Origin: Microbotryum violaceum
Lineage: Eukaryota
Reading direction: 5' to 3'
NCBI GenBank assembly: GCA_001244265.2
Contig: CDLV01000018.1
Span: 248,001-312,000 of the forward strand
Length of the DNA stretch: 64,000 nucleotides
Under the pieces are notes generated by a model. The model saw only the letters and a list, made by a program, of their open reading frames with translations, was not told where the DNA came from and did no database searches. The position numbers and the translations under genes are program-made. Shown piece after piece: positions 22,681-34,926 of the stretch. The number at the start of each line of letters is the position of its first letter. The first letter of the stretch is position 1.

Positions 22681-23744
22681 GGACTTCAACAGCCACGCGC
22701 GTGCGGGGTATTTCGGCCATTTCGTTCAATAAAATCTCAGAATAGCATCATTTTCGAGGCTGGTGCAAGCATCATCACGCCGCGATGAACCTCGCGACGA
22801 CCGCCCAAAAGAAGGAACGCAACTCCATCAGCGACCTCGAGGAAAAGGCCCGCCAACTTGAAACCGACAGGATCACCCTCGCGATGGAAAAAAATCAACG
22901 AAGCCAAGCGCTGCTCGCCGACTCGACCGCCCTACCAATTAGGATAACTGGTCGTATGAGATCGAGACCGTACGACAGAAGGCCCGCCGCACCCCGACCC
23001 GCCGCACCTTCGCGACAAGTGGGGACTCACCCTTGGCATCACAGGAGTAAATACGCTCTATTCAACGGGTGACGATGTAGGCCCGCGCCTCCAATTCACT
23101 CATACTCATGAAAGCCGTTAGCCTCCATTTCCTTTCCCTACCTCTCTTTAGCTTTGCCGCAGGAGTTTCCTCTCTTTCTCTTTTCGCCATCCATTCATTC
23201 TCCCCCGATCGAGTGCGGATCTACTTTACACCGCTCATCAACTTTTCTTCACTTCACTTCTTTTCTCAGTGGCGCTTGCAAGAGCCCCTGTTACTCGTGT
23301 GCTGCCTTCCCTCGGCACAGTGTTTCGCCGTTGAAAGGCCTCAACAGTCAAGCCATCCTCACGCTTTCGGCTCTCGCTGCAGCCGTAGCAGATCTCGCCT
23401 CCGCGATGGACATCATATCGCAACAAGCCTCTCGAAAACAAACTTGAATGCCTACAGCACAGTACTTGTCTCTGATTATTTACCCATTCTTGCTCAAGGT
23501 TGATCATATGACACAAGCATTGCGATGCTCTCGCTAGCGGGAGAGCATGCATATGCCCTGCAAGCCCGAAGTCACTACTGGGAGAAAGGGGCTTCCACTC
23601 GGATCTTTCCCCAGCTAACATCTAGAGGCGACCTAGCGAGTTGATTGGAACCTATGCCAAGATTTGTTCTGAGGGGATGTAGGCAGTGCTATACAACCAT
23701 CTCTATTTATTCCATTTCGTCGTCGTTCCCGCTGCACGACGACC

Positions 23745-25481
23745 TCAAACCAACAACACCGAATCAATCACACTAAACCCAACGGCGACTCCTCCTTCAT
23801 CAGATTCCCTGCCCTTCGTTCTCAACAACTGTCCAACAGTTTGATTAATCCTAACGTGCGCTCCTCCCTCGGGACCTTCATTCTTCCCAAAGAGGCAGAT
23901 CCCATAAATACCCAATTCTGAAACGACCTCCCCTTGCACGCCCTTTTCTTCCCCCGCCCTAACCATGATCGATCGAGTTTCCAAAGGCGGTTCGATCAAT
24001 TCCATAAGGATATAAGCTTCCCTAGCTTTCACCTTGGATCCTAATTCCTTATCCTTCGCTTCGAGTTGTGCGAGGAAGGGGGGTATGTCCGTACGGTAAA
24101 TGTTGTTACCACCTCCTTCGCGTTGGGGTTTGAGGACGAAACGGGATGGTGAGGAGAGGGCTAGTTGGTAGGCTCTTTCTCCCTCGGGTGTGGAATCGAG
24201 GGGATAGAGATTCATGAAAGAGGATACGAGGGCCTCATGTTCTGACGAGGAAGCGTGAAGTTTGGAAACGACTTCCTCCTTTGTCGTCGTCGTTGGCGCA
24301 CTACCGATATCCAAGAACCTCGCCAATTCTTTCGGGTCCGCCAACACCTGTTGTACCTTTTTACACCCACTCAACTGCAACGCCAAAGTGGGACACTTGA
24401 TCGCCCTCGAACGCTCGAACAATAACCTCGTTTCCCATTCTTTACCCTGGGTCGTATAGTCTTCGGGAGAGTACCCGGAGCGGTAGTAGATGACGGAAAT
24501 TTCAAAGGGTGTTTCGGGGTGAGAGGGGAGGGTGAGGATGAGGTTCGAGGTTTTCGGGTCGAGGGAAGAGTAGAGATGCAGTTCGGAGAAGGGGATGCGG
24601 AGGAGGTGAATGTGGTGCGTGCGTAGGAGCTCGTATTCCAAAGGTCGTTGGTCAAAGGCGTTGCGTTCGTCGTCTTGGGTGACCATCAGGATGCGGGCGC
24701 TGAGGATGGGAATTTGGAATCAGTTCAGTGGTTGCGGGTGTTCGAATCGTTGAGAGACCTACTTGGGATTCCCATAGGCTTGATGCCCTTGTGCCAAGCC
24801 TGTTGCCAAACCCTGAAGGGAAGGGTTCGCAGGAAGGGCCTCGGATCGTAATCGGGGATCGGAAGGGTAGGAACCAGTTTGGAGAAGATAGCTGGTGCGC
24901 AAATCTTTCGCCGTCTTAGCTCAGGAGATCTTCGATTCGAAAAGTATCGTCGGGATAGGAAAGACGCACCTGTGCAAGTCGGTGACTTTGCTCGACAAGC
25001 AGCCGAACGAGGCCGAGATGGTGTTGAATTCGACTTGCTTGATCGTCGGTTGCGCCGCGGTCTGACCCGCGGGTAGATGGAGGAGGTAATCCGATCGAAA
25101 GAGTCCCAGATGAAGGGGTTGTTTGATAGGTTCCTGCCGGACGAGGCGATACATGTCGTACAACTGCTTTTGAAAGGGATCGACTTGGGCGACTTGAGCC
25201 CCGACGATTCGGTCCAAGGCTTGATCGTCGACGGTGACGTGGGCGTAGAGCGCGTTGTACAACGGTTGGAGACGCTGGGCTTGGACGAAGAGATCGCGAG
25301 GGAACGGTTGCGGGAACAGGGAGTAGGGCGCGTGTATGCAGGTCGTCGTCGACGGTTTGGAGCCGGATTCAGGCGGAGGCGGTGGGGGTCGGTAGACGAG
25401 ACCATGCGTCAGCGCAAAGTCGGACGCGAGCGTGAGCAGGTTCGCCTCTTGGGCTGAGCTCAGGCTTGGTGGCCAGCTCAT
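23745..25481 (-). CDS. GSH2: Glutathione synthetase (eukaryotic type)
   Basis: DFALTHGL, HAPYSLFPQPFP, LGLFRSDYLLH, KQVEFNTISASFGCLS, ERNAFDQR, YYRSGYSPEDY, AIKCPTLALQLSGCKKVQQVL, FVLKPQREGGGNNIY, YILMELIEPP, VVSELGIYG, LLRTK...EGGVAVGF. Confidence 0.97.
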
Positions 25482-25819
25482 GACTGTGTGTTTGAGCGCG
25501 GACGAGGAAGCGAACGAATAGGAGACGAGCTGGAGAAAGGAGTAAGCGAGCGAGGGTGAGGGAGAGCGCTCGCGGCTGGAGAGTGGAGACTGAATGTCGA
25601 TCACCTCGATCACGTCAGCGCGCTCGCCGTTCGAGCGCCGTTTCCGAAAGCGGGGTTTGAACGAAAGATTTCCGACCCTCAAGTGCCCTCCGACAAGGGA
25701 AGGCAAGCGTCAGAGAAGGAGCCCCGCGCACGGACACGGTTCTCGTCCCCTCCTTTGAGCGTCCACCTCGTCGTCCTCGCCCTCGCCACCCCTTCCAGCC
25801 GGGTCCCTACCCGCCGACC

Positions 25820-27848
25820 ATGGCCCAAAAACCCATCTCCACCACCACCACCACCACCACCACCACCCCTCCCCCCTCCACCTCCCTCAGCCTGCGCCAA
25901 TCGCTGCTCCTCGCGCAAGCCGTCAACGCGCTCGGCACGACCTCATGGGACGCCATTTCCCAACTCGTCGTCGCCTCCCCCTTTGTGCATCAAACGACGA
26001 CGACGACGACGAGTGCGACTATTCCGGACGAGCTGACCCGGGGAGAAGGGTGTAGAACGGCTTGGGAGAGGTTGGCGAAAGAGGCCGAAGTCGGAGAGGA
26101 GGTTCGGTAGGTGTTTGATGGGGGAAGCGGTCCTGTTCTATCCTGTGTAGGAGCTCAATCGACCCCGTCCCTTTTTCATACTGCGTTTTTGTTGTTGTTG
26201 TTGTTTGCTTTGGCAGATCCAAATCGACCCCTTGGCCACCCAAAGGCAAGTCTTCTCTTCCCCTTCCCGCCCTACTCTACTCTACGCACGCTCCTCCCCC
26301 CCTCCTAACCCATGCCATAACCCATGCCATAACCCATGCCATAACCCATGCCATAACCCATGCCATAACTCATGCCATAACCCATGCCATAACCCATCCC
26401 TCTCTCCCCCATCCCTCTCGCTGTCCCCCAGCTCGACCCCTGCGTAAGATCGTGCGCAAACTCTTTTCCGCTCTATTACATACGACCCACGCCGCGATCA
26501 CTTCGAGTTTGGCACAGGAAGCGTAAGTTTGACGCTCGACTCTCCCTTTTATGCGCTTTCATTCACGTCTCTCACGAGTGTGAAATCCCATGTCCCATAA
26601 AATAGGAATTGCAAGAAGCAGATTCAAGCGATTCGATCGGGGACTCAAAAGGAGCAGATTGTAGGCGAATTGTCACCGAGGACGAAGGAGAGGTATTTGA
26701 GCGGTTTGAGGGAGCAGGACAGAAAGGCCAGAATTGAGCAACCAGAGGAGAAGGACGCGACTAAGCCGAAGGCTATTAAGAAAGCACAGGGAGTCAAAAA
26801 GGAGGATGTCGAGGTGAAAAAGGATGAAACAGAGCAGGAGGAAGAAGATGAAGAAGAAGAGGAGGGAGAGAAGGAAGGAGGAGACTTGACGGATGATTCG
26901 ACGGCGACGACCAAGAAACGACCGGTGGGAAGACCTAAAGGTTCCAAATCGAACGCTGCTCCCACAACGACTGTGAAAGAAACGACGACATCAGCAACGA
27001 CTGCGACGACGAGGAAATCGACCCGAGCTCAGGGCAAAGCCACGACGACCACACACGAAGATTCTCCCGAACCGACCGCGAATGAAGACGAAGGCGAAGT
27101 GGAAGACGAGGAACAAACGCCCGCACCAGAGGAGGAAGACGACGACAACGAGGAAGGTGACGAGGAAGGAGACGAAGGTTCGACAAGGTCGACGAGGAAA
27201 GGATCGAGTAGGAAAGCCAAAGGTGTTGCTGCTGCTTCGGCGGCGGCCGGGCTCAAGAGGAGTCGGAGAAAGACGAGTGAGATGGCGGCAAGTCCTGGGC
27301 CGAGTGAGGATAGTAGGAGTAAGAAAAGGGTCAAGGGGGAGAACGAAGTCGAGAGTGGCAGTGGTTAGTTTGCTGTGCTTGGTGTGGTGCTCGACGAACG
27401 TGGACACTGATGTTTCGCACCCGCTCGCTCCTAACAGACACGAAAGCCTTCCGCAAATCAATGAACATGCTCCTCGACAACCTCACCAACGAAGGCTACA
27501 CCCACCCTTTCAAAGACCCCGTCCTCAAACGCGATGCCAAAACCTACTACAGCGCGATCAAACGACCCTTATCGATTCAAGAGATTAGAAAAAAGTTGAG
27601 GTCGCCAGATGGGTATACGAACGCGAGTCAGGTCGCGAGGGATGTGGCGCTGGTTTGTGCGAATGCGAGACAGTTCAATCCGAGTGCGAACAAGGATCCG
27701 GATGACTTGGCCGGGCAGGCCGAACGAACGTGGAGAAAGACGGAGGAGTGAGTTCATGCGGGTCGTCGGATTCGGTCTAGATTGAAAGCTGACTTTTTGC
27801 GTTGGGGGTTGCAGGTTGATGCAGCTTCACATGAGCAACAATTCGTAA
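25820..27848 (+). CDS. Bromodomain protein, BRD8/Bdc1-like (SANT-like N-terminus, acidic linker with AT-hook, C-terminal bromodomain)
   Basis: N-terminal LLLAQAV...G..SW..IS; AT-hook KRPVGRPKGS; bromodomain YTHPFKDPV..RDAKTYYSAIKRPLSI..I..K...RDVALVCANARQFN. Several small exons were only partly resolved. Confidence 0.8.
26306..26397. repeat. 12-bp minisatellite (TAACCCATGCCA) x~7.7, probably intronic
   Basis: Seven full units, one carrying a C>T variant, plus a partial unit; read directly. Confidence 0.95.
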
Positions 27849-28072
27849 GACGGCGTAGTATGTGTAGATCTTGAGTGCATCTCTTATAAAATTTCTATCG
27901 TACATGTCGTCTGTACGCTCTTCGTTCTTGGGTGTAGTATTGCAAACCAAAAAACGCGTCCGTGTGCGCATACTCTCGCTGGACAGTTTGTCAAGGTGGG
28001 GAGATGAAGCCCTGCTGCGCAGGCTTGTGGCAAGATAAACGCTCGAAAAGAATAAAACTGCTACCGACCCCT

Positions 28073-31000
28073 CTACTGCATTCCGGACTTCAAAAACTCC
28101 TCATGCAACCTGAGTGAGTGCGAAGTACCAAAAAAATAGTGTAGAGTCAGCACCGTGCACGTAGCCCACTTGGTCTTGATCCCCTCTAAGAAAGAAAAAC
28201 TCACTTATTCTGCGCATCCCACTCCTTTTGCAACTTCTTCCTCCTCGACTTGGGCAACTCGATTCCCTCCTTATCCTTTGCCGGTAACCCCTGTTTATCC
28301 CACTCGGAGTATTCCTCCGTCCTGAACATGACTTTCGGATCCACCCTGCCTTTCTCCAATTTCTCCCTCCTCTTTCGTTCCGCCGCCGCCAAAGTAGCGG
28401 CTTTTTTCGCTTCCTTCTCCGCTTGAATAGCCAATTTGGCGTCCCTCGCTTCTCGAAGTGTGGAAGGATCGACGAGTTTAACCAAGGCTTGACCGTCGTC
28501 TTGGTCGTCCAATGCAACGCCAAGATCGACAAGGTCGATGTCGCGTAATTGGTCGGTGAGTTGGAGCATGGCCGAGACGGGGGCACCTTCGATGGCGAGT
28601 TTACGAATCCGGTCGCGGAAAGTGGAGAGGGCGCGGAGGTAAGGCATCAGAAGGGTCGTTTTCTGTCATGAACAGCCGGCGCCAGAATCCTTAGTCAACT
28701 TTTCGGTCCTCCCAGGATGCCGCAAACTCTCTCGTCACCCCACTCACATCAACTTGTGCTTCCTCACCAGGCACGACGGCCATACCCCATCCAATGATCC
28801 TATCCCCACTAACAGGATCCACCGGACTCCCCTCCCCCAACCCAAACATCCTCAGCATCCTCGTCGTCCATTCCGCAACCGACACCACAACCGAAACGTT
28901 CACCTCCTTCCTCGGTTTCGCAAGGTACACGTTCGCCTTCGACACCAGCTCAAGGATGATTTGAATTCCTTTCGGTGTGTCGAAGGAGTCGCACATCGCG
29001 TGACGGAAGTCGATTTGGGCTTGTTCGAGTTCGCCGAGGAGGGTTAGTTCGGGAGTGGAGAAGTGGTGTTGGCCATCGGAGGAGACGGAGTTGGCTTTGG
29101 CTTCGGAGTGACGGGCGTTGACGGTGTCGAAAAAGTTCTGAGAACCAAACAAACGGGGGGGGGGTTCAGACCTTGCGAAATGAAAAACTTGAACCCCAAA
29201 GCAGCAGAATACTCACGTTCAATTTGACCTCGAACGCCTTGACCTCCTGCATGCCCGCATCCGTGAAATCCAACTTGGCATTCCAAGTCTGCAACAAGAA
29301 CGCGAACCTCAACTGCCTCGCCGAATATTTGAATGTATCCCCCAACGCATCATCGATCGTGATAAAGTTCTTCAAACTTTTGCTCATCTTCAACCCCGCG
29401 ATATGGAGATGGCCCGTATGGAGGAAGTAATTGACCCATTGACGGCAGTTGTGGAAGGCTTCGGATTGGGCGATCTCGTTATCGTGGTGGGGGAAAGCGA
29501 GGTCTACACCACCGGAATGAACATCCATACCTTGTCCTAGGACCGCAGAAGCCATGACACTGCATTCGATATGCCATCCAGGTCGACCGGGACCCCAACC
29601 AGATTCCCAAGCCGGTTCTCCAGGTTTGGAAGCTTTCCAAAGTGCGAAATCCGATGCGGAACGTTTGCCCAAACCACTCGTGAGGGAACCTTCCCCATCT
29701 TCGAGCAATTCTCGGTTTCCCTTGGACCATGGTTGTAATTTGGCGTAGGTGTGACGCCACTCTTGATCGCCTGGCGCACCTTCGAATTTGGCCGTGTCGA
29801 ACCAGACCGAACCACCGGCTTCGTAAGCGAACCCTCGAGCGACGATCCCTTCGACGAAACTGACGATTTCGGGGATATACTCGGACACACGAGTCAAGGT
29901 CGTCGGTCGTTCGACGTGCAACGCTGCCATGGATTTGAAGTAAGAATCCTCCCAATACGCCGCGAGGTCCCGAAAGATGGCGGGATCGGTGACCGTATCG
30001 CCAAACTATGAAGAAAGTCGAGTAGTCCCACAAAGCTGTTAGTTCAGCAGCGAAGGATAACCGATACGCCGAACCAATCACTGACCTGTTTATCCAACCA
30101 CAAACTCAAGACATCCTTAGTACTTTCGATCAACCTCTCCGCCTCTTCCTTCCCATTCTTCCCCTCCTTCAACTCTGCCTCGGCCACATTCAAGCCTTTC
30201 AACCCAACTTGCAAAACGGTGACATGCATTCCTAACTTCTCATCTCTGACTTTTTGCTCTTGGACCCATTTGGGATCCTTGAGTTTGGATTCGATGTCGG
30301 ACCAAGCGGATTGAGCGTCTTGGAAGGTTGGAGTGGAAGGAGGGGTGGGATTGTCGAGAGCTGGGGAAAGGGCTTTGTAGAAGTAGGCGGTCCAGGCTGT
30401 TTGGTTGTCTTGGACCAGTTGGGAGGTCAGGGAGGTGTGTTGGGAGGTGTATTGGTTCAAGAGGTGGGATTGGCGGGCTCGGAGGATGATCTACGGACAG
30501 ACACACGCAGACAGGGGGGGTGGGGACGAAGGTTTTCTCAGCCTGAGCTAAGATGCCTCTCCCGGGCCTGCCGGACTGACCTTGTCATCGACATCAGTGA
30601 TGTTCATTACGAAATTGACTTCGTAGCCAAAATAATCGCGCAGGATCCTCCTCATGATATCCTGCGCGAGGTAGTTCCTGCCACAACCCACGCCGAACGT
30701 AGAGAATTAGCTCTTCCACGTAGCGTTCTCAGCTCTCGAACAACCCACCTCGCGTGTCCCATATGACTCGCATCGTAGACCGTAGGACCGCAGTTGTACC
30801 AGGTGACGACGCCAGGTTTCTGGGTGATGAATTCGACCTGATCCTCGCCATCGCCAAGGTCAGTTTCAAGTGTGCGTACGGCCCGACCGCATACTGCATC
30901 CTGGTGTAAGCCAACGCACCTTTGTCCGGGTCAACGAATTGTACACCTTCAATACGGGCTCTTCATAGGTACGTTCGGGGAGTCGCCACGAGTCTTGGGT

Positions 31001-31138
31001 GACTTTGGGAGCGGCTGTGGAGGTGGTGGTCGAGACCATTCTGGTCGCGAGAGCGAGCGAACGGAGCACCGATCGAGGACGGGAAGCGGTTACTAATGAT
31101 ATTAGAGAAACGCTCGTGCAAGAGACTCGTCGGAGCAT
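28073..31138 (-). CDS. Cysteinyl-tRNA synthetase (class Ia); in-frame upstream ATG gives a probable mitochondrial presequence
   Basis: [31 protein letters not shown] (HIGH-like), [75 protein letters not shown]. Second ATG at 31039. Confidence 0.97.
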
Positions 31139-31526
31139 ACACCTGTCTTGCTGATGAGGGTGTGAGAGAAGGGGAAACAAGCGCTCCGAGGCGTGGCCGC
31201 CGACGGTGCGGTGAAACTGACAGCAAAAACTCGGGTCCGAGCCCTTGCTCGCTCCTGATCGAATCAACGGCATCCCGGGCCATCGCTTATGTCAGTAAAG
31301 TACGTTCCAGTGTAGTGCTACTGCAAATTCAGTTTTATATACATATTCAATCACATAATATGATACACGATGGTGCAGTACCTATACGAAAGAGCTATAG
31401 TTGACAAAAGGCAATACACCCCGATCATCGGAGTGAGAGTGCGCGCGAGCCGAAGGGCGAGCCAGTCGAAAAACCACCACAGGGAACATTCAAACGAAAA
31501 AATCCCCAGACACACAAACACACTCC

Positions 31527-33641
31527 TTACAAACCCCACTCCCTCGTCACGTCCTCATTCATCAAATCGCCGAGTTCCCTCTGCCAACTCTCCTCCTCTC
31601 CCTTATCCTCCCTCTCATCATCCGCCATCATCGTCAGCCTAGGATCGACCGTCGCCGATTCCAACTCTGCACCATCCCCACCGACCACAACCGTCGTACT
31701 TCTTTCCAATCCCGCACCATCCATCATCTCTTTCCCAAACATTCCGGTCCCTTTGAACAACGATGAACTCAGCATCATTGGATTCTCCCCGGCGGTACTA
31801 TCCAACCTCAACGCATCCCAATCCAGTTCAAACATTGGTGGAGGAGGGGGTAACCTCACTTCGGTCCAATAGCTCGCAGGTGGGTAAGGCATAGGTGGGT
31901 ACGACACCAACGCGAGGTCGTGGCCGAAAAAGGCGTGAGGCGTTCCTAGAGGGGACAAAGAAGGCGAAGCGAGGAGAGGCGAGGGGCAGGAGGAGGAGGT
32001 GTCTGTTGTCGATGAGGAGGCGTACAGCGAAGGCACGAGACGAGGTGAGGTCGAAAAGGTCGGTTCTGTTGGGTGAGGCAGGGCAAACTCGGGTTCCGAG
32101 AGCAGGACGTCCGAGGCGGAGAGGGAACAGCTGGGGTCCTCCGCGGCGGCGGCGGGAGAAACGGTAGGGTCGTCAAATTCTTCTTCGGCGGGCAGGATCA
32201 TCGGTTTGACGTCTTCGTCTGTAGGACCGACAGAGGGCTTTATTAGTACTTGCACAAGATGCACTAAACTAAATATCGATTCAAACGCACCAATAGGTTC
32301 GACCGTTCCCGATGCATTCCCACGTCCGAGATCGATCCCTAGCGACCCCCCAACTCCGAGGTCCGAGTCGTCGCCACCAAAGGAGGCCTCTTCAGAATAA
32401 TACTCTTCCTCTTCCCCTTGTTCCCCATCTTCACCATCCGAGCCACCAGAAGAACTAGACCTCTTCATCCTCGAATTGAATGCACCCGATAAGAGGGGCT
32501 TTTGAGCGATCGAATGGGCCAAGTCTCGTTGATTTGGTGGATGATAAGGCACGTTTTTGCGAGGTAAGTCCGCTCGATAGATGCAGCCGTGCTCCGTGTC
32601 GGGACAACGACCGTTCCAGCGCGCATTGCGCACGCAGCTATCGCACGCCGGTTTCGAGCCCGAGCATTTGACCCGTCGCGCTTTGCAGGCGATACATGCT
32701 AGGCCTGGATAAAATTCATACAAATTGGATGGGGACCTATGGGTCAGTTGGATCGCATTTAGTTTGCGCCCGGCGCGCGTGCCTGATCGAAGGCCGAGAC
32801 GATGGATAAGAAAGGAAATTTCGGCCTAGCCGACACGGGCACGTCGTGCATGTGAAGTGCATTCCATCCAACCGTAGAAGACCGCAAGAAACCTCGTAAA
32901 AAGATGAACGCGCATACTCACCCTTTTGTAAAGGAGCGGCCGGTTGCTCCACAGGTGGAGTTGAGCCTTTGGGTTTTCGAGCCGCTCGTCTCGAAAGGGG
33001 CTTTCTGGATGGAGTTGATACCGTGTGTGCTACAGTTGAACGTTTCTGATCTTGATCATGCGAATGGTTGTAGCTTGTCGCTGCAGCTGGGGTAAAACGG
33101 AAAGTCGATCGATCAACGAGGATTGATCAGCGCGAGCTCGCTCGACAGGAGCAATACAAGAAAGAGGGCCCTACCCGTCGAACACGAAGCAACAGGTGGT
33201 GAGGGCGATGATGAAGACAAGCTCGATGCAGGCTCCTTGTAATAGCACCCCAAGTCGGTGTCGATGTTCCTGCCGTCCCATCTCGCTTTACGAACGCAGG
33301 CTGAGCAACCGGGCGAACGACCACCGTCGCAGCGCACTCTTCGTTCTCGACCTGTGGAAAATGAAACAAAGTATTTCCGAAGTAAGTATGACGCGGTGCT
33401 GGTCAGGATACGGTCAAAGTGAGGTGTTGAATCATTCCGCGCCGCAGTGTCGTTAAACGTTGATCGCAGCGGAGTGGCATCGCATCGGGATCGGTTGCCG
33501 TTTCAAAGCTCCGTAATCGACGCCCGTAGAGAAGCATTGGATGCAGAGTAGTAGTAGATCCACGCAGATCTGCCGACGTTCACGTGTACTCCTCGGGCTT
33601 TCAACAGCTCCATTATGGTTCCCGATCATGTACACCGACAT
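31527..33641 (-). CDS. Zn(II)2Cys6 transcription factor with two tandem zinc-cluster motifs (start codon uncertain)
   Basis: Cluster 2: PLQKG|GLACIACKARRVKCSGSKPACDSCVRNARWNGRCPDTEHGCIY. Cluster 1, from the exon starting at 33351: (C)RERRVRCDGGRSPGCSACVRKARWDGRNIDTDLGCYY. Acidic and Pro-rich C-terminus. Confidence 0.75.
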
Positions 33642-33769
33642 ACATACGTCCAGTACCTCGGTATGCCTCCGCAAACGCCTCTCACTTCAACGCCCGACCG
33701 CCCCAACGGTGAAACGTGACGTATCGCCGAGATCAAGCCGAGATCAAGCAAGCCAGACTGCGAAGAACT

Positions 33770-34340
33770 CACAAGGAACGCAGCACAATCCCCTGGGCAA
33801 TGGGTTGATCCGATTTATCGTACGACCCTGTCTGGAACTTGCTGGCATAGCTACACGTCGGGTGGGTAGAGTGGTCGCGGTAGAGTTGGGGAGTTTGAAA
33901 CGTTGGAGAAAATCGAAGGGGGTTGGACGGGCACCGCAGCGGGCCGCCCACCGTTCTCGGCACAAACGCCTCGGTGCCTCGGAAGGCCCTCTCTTCTTCC
34001 TGGCCGGAGCTCGGCGGCGGTCCCGCTTCAGACCCTTTTGAACCGCATTTGTCATCCTCTTTGGGCGGGGTGCGATCACGGTCTCTCAGGGTCATGGTTA
34101 GGGTAAAGGATCGGTGTACCGTCGAGTCGTTGATTGTTGTTCCCGGCATCATCTATCACAGACCAAAAGTGATACAGAGCGGTAACAGCATATAAATCGA
34201 GCTCGACTCCGAGCCGAACGTGCGACTCGGACCCGCGGGGTCCGCGTATTACGCCAAAGTCGGAGAGCCCATAGGCGATCATCCTTCTTCTTAAGTTTGA
34301 AAAGGCGAGGATGTTGTACGAGATGGGAATATTAGGGAAT
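33770..34340 (-). pseudogene. Possible degenerate protein-kinase-like (FunK1-type) fragment
   Basis: PISYNILAF...YGLSDFG, followed after a frame change by RAFRGTEAF, loosely matches DISxxNIL / LxDFG / GTxxF. No HRD motif and no intact ORF. Confidence 0.25.
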
Positions 34341-34429
34341 CAGGCCTTTGTTCATCCCTTGTGATTCCAGATATCGAGCCTCCGGAAAACTAATAACCTC
34401 TTTGCCAAAACAAGCTGAAATTCGGCACG

Positions 34430-34825
34430 ATTAAGTATTTTTAGGTTGTACCTGCAAGAAGAACATGAGACGAAATGTGCTGCAAGACTTATCAAATTCT
34501 CGATATGAATACCATCTCCAAAGGGGTCAAAGGCTGATCATTCACTGCACCAAATGTGCATGAGTGCCGCGACTCGGAGTGCCACGGGCGGATGGGTCCG
34601 CACTTTGCGACCCGCAGACCGCCGTGTGCGGCCATGTGTCTGTCACTTGTGCAGTATGTCTGTCACTTGTGCGCACATGAGGCTGCGCTCAACAGAATGA
34701 GCAATCGGCCCTAATGCTCGCGCACGAGTACGACGAGCTACACGGTTCGCACATGAGACTTTCGAAATAAGTCTTGCAGCACATTATTACCTTCTTCTTG
34801 TTGCGGATTCAACTATGAGTACTTA
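34430..34825. mobile_element. Degenerate MITE-like element with imperfect terminal inverted repeats
   Basis: Perfect 19-bp inverted core AATGTGCTGCAAGACTTAT at 34474-34492 and 34767-34785, with weaker inverted similarity extending outward about 40 bp. Internal tandem TGTCTGTCACTTGTGC x2. Confidence 0.45.
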
Positions 34826-34926
34826 TATATTTGTCCTACGACATCGACACGTTACGATTTTGTCGTGTATTGCCTATAATCAAGTGTCCGCACATGTGCG
34901 GACAAAGTGTTGCGGCCGGCGGCACC

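Noticed and set aside
26205-26447. ORF with (NPCH)n repeats as a metal-binding peptide
   Set aside because: Translation of the 12-bp minisatellite, which most likely lies in an intron; the ORF has a non-ATG start.
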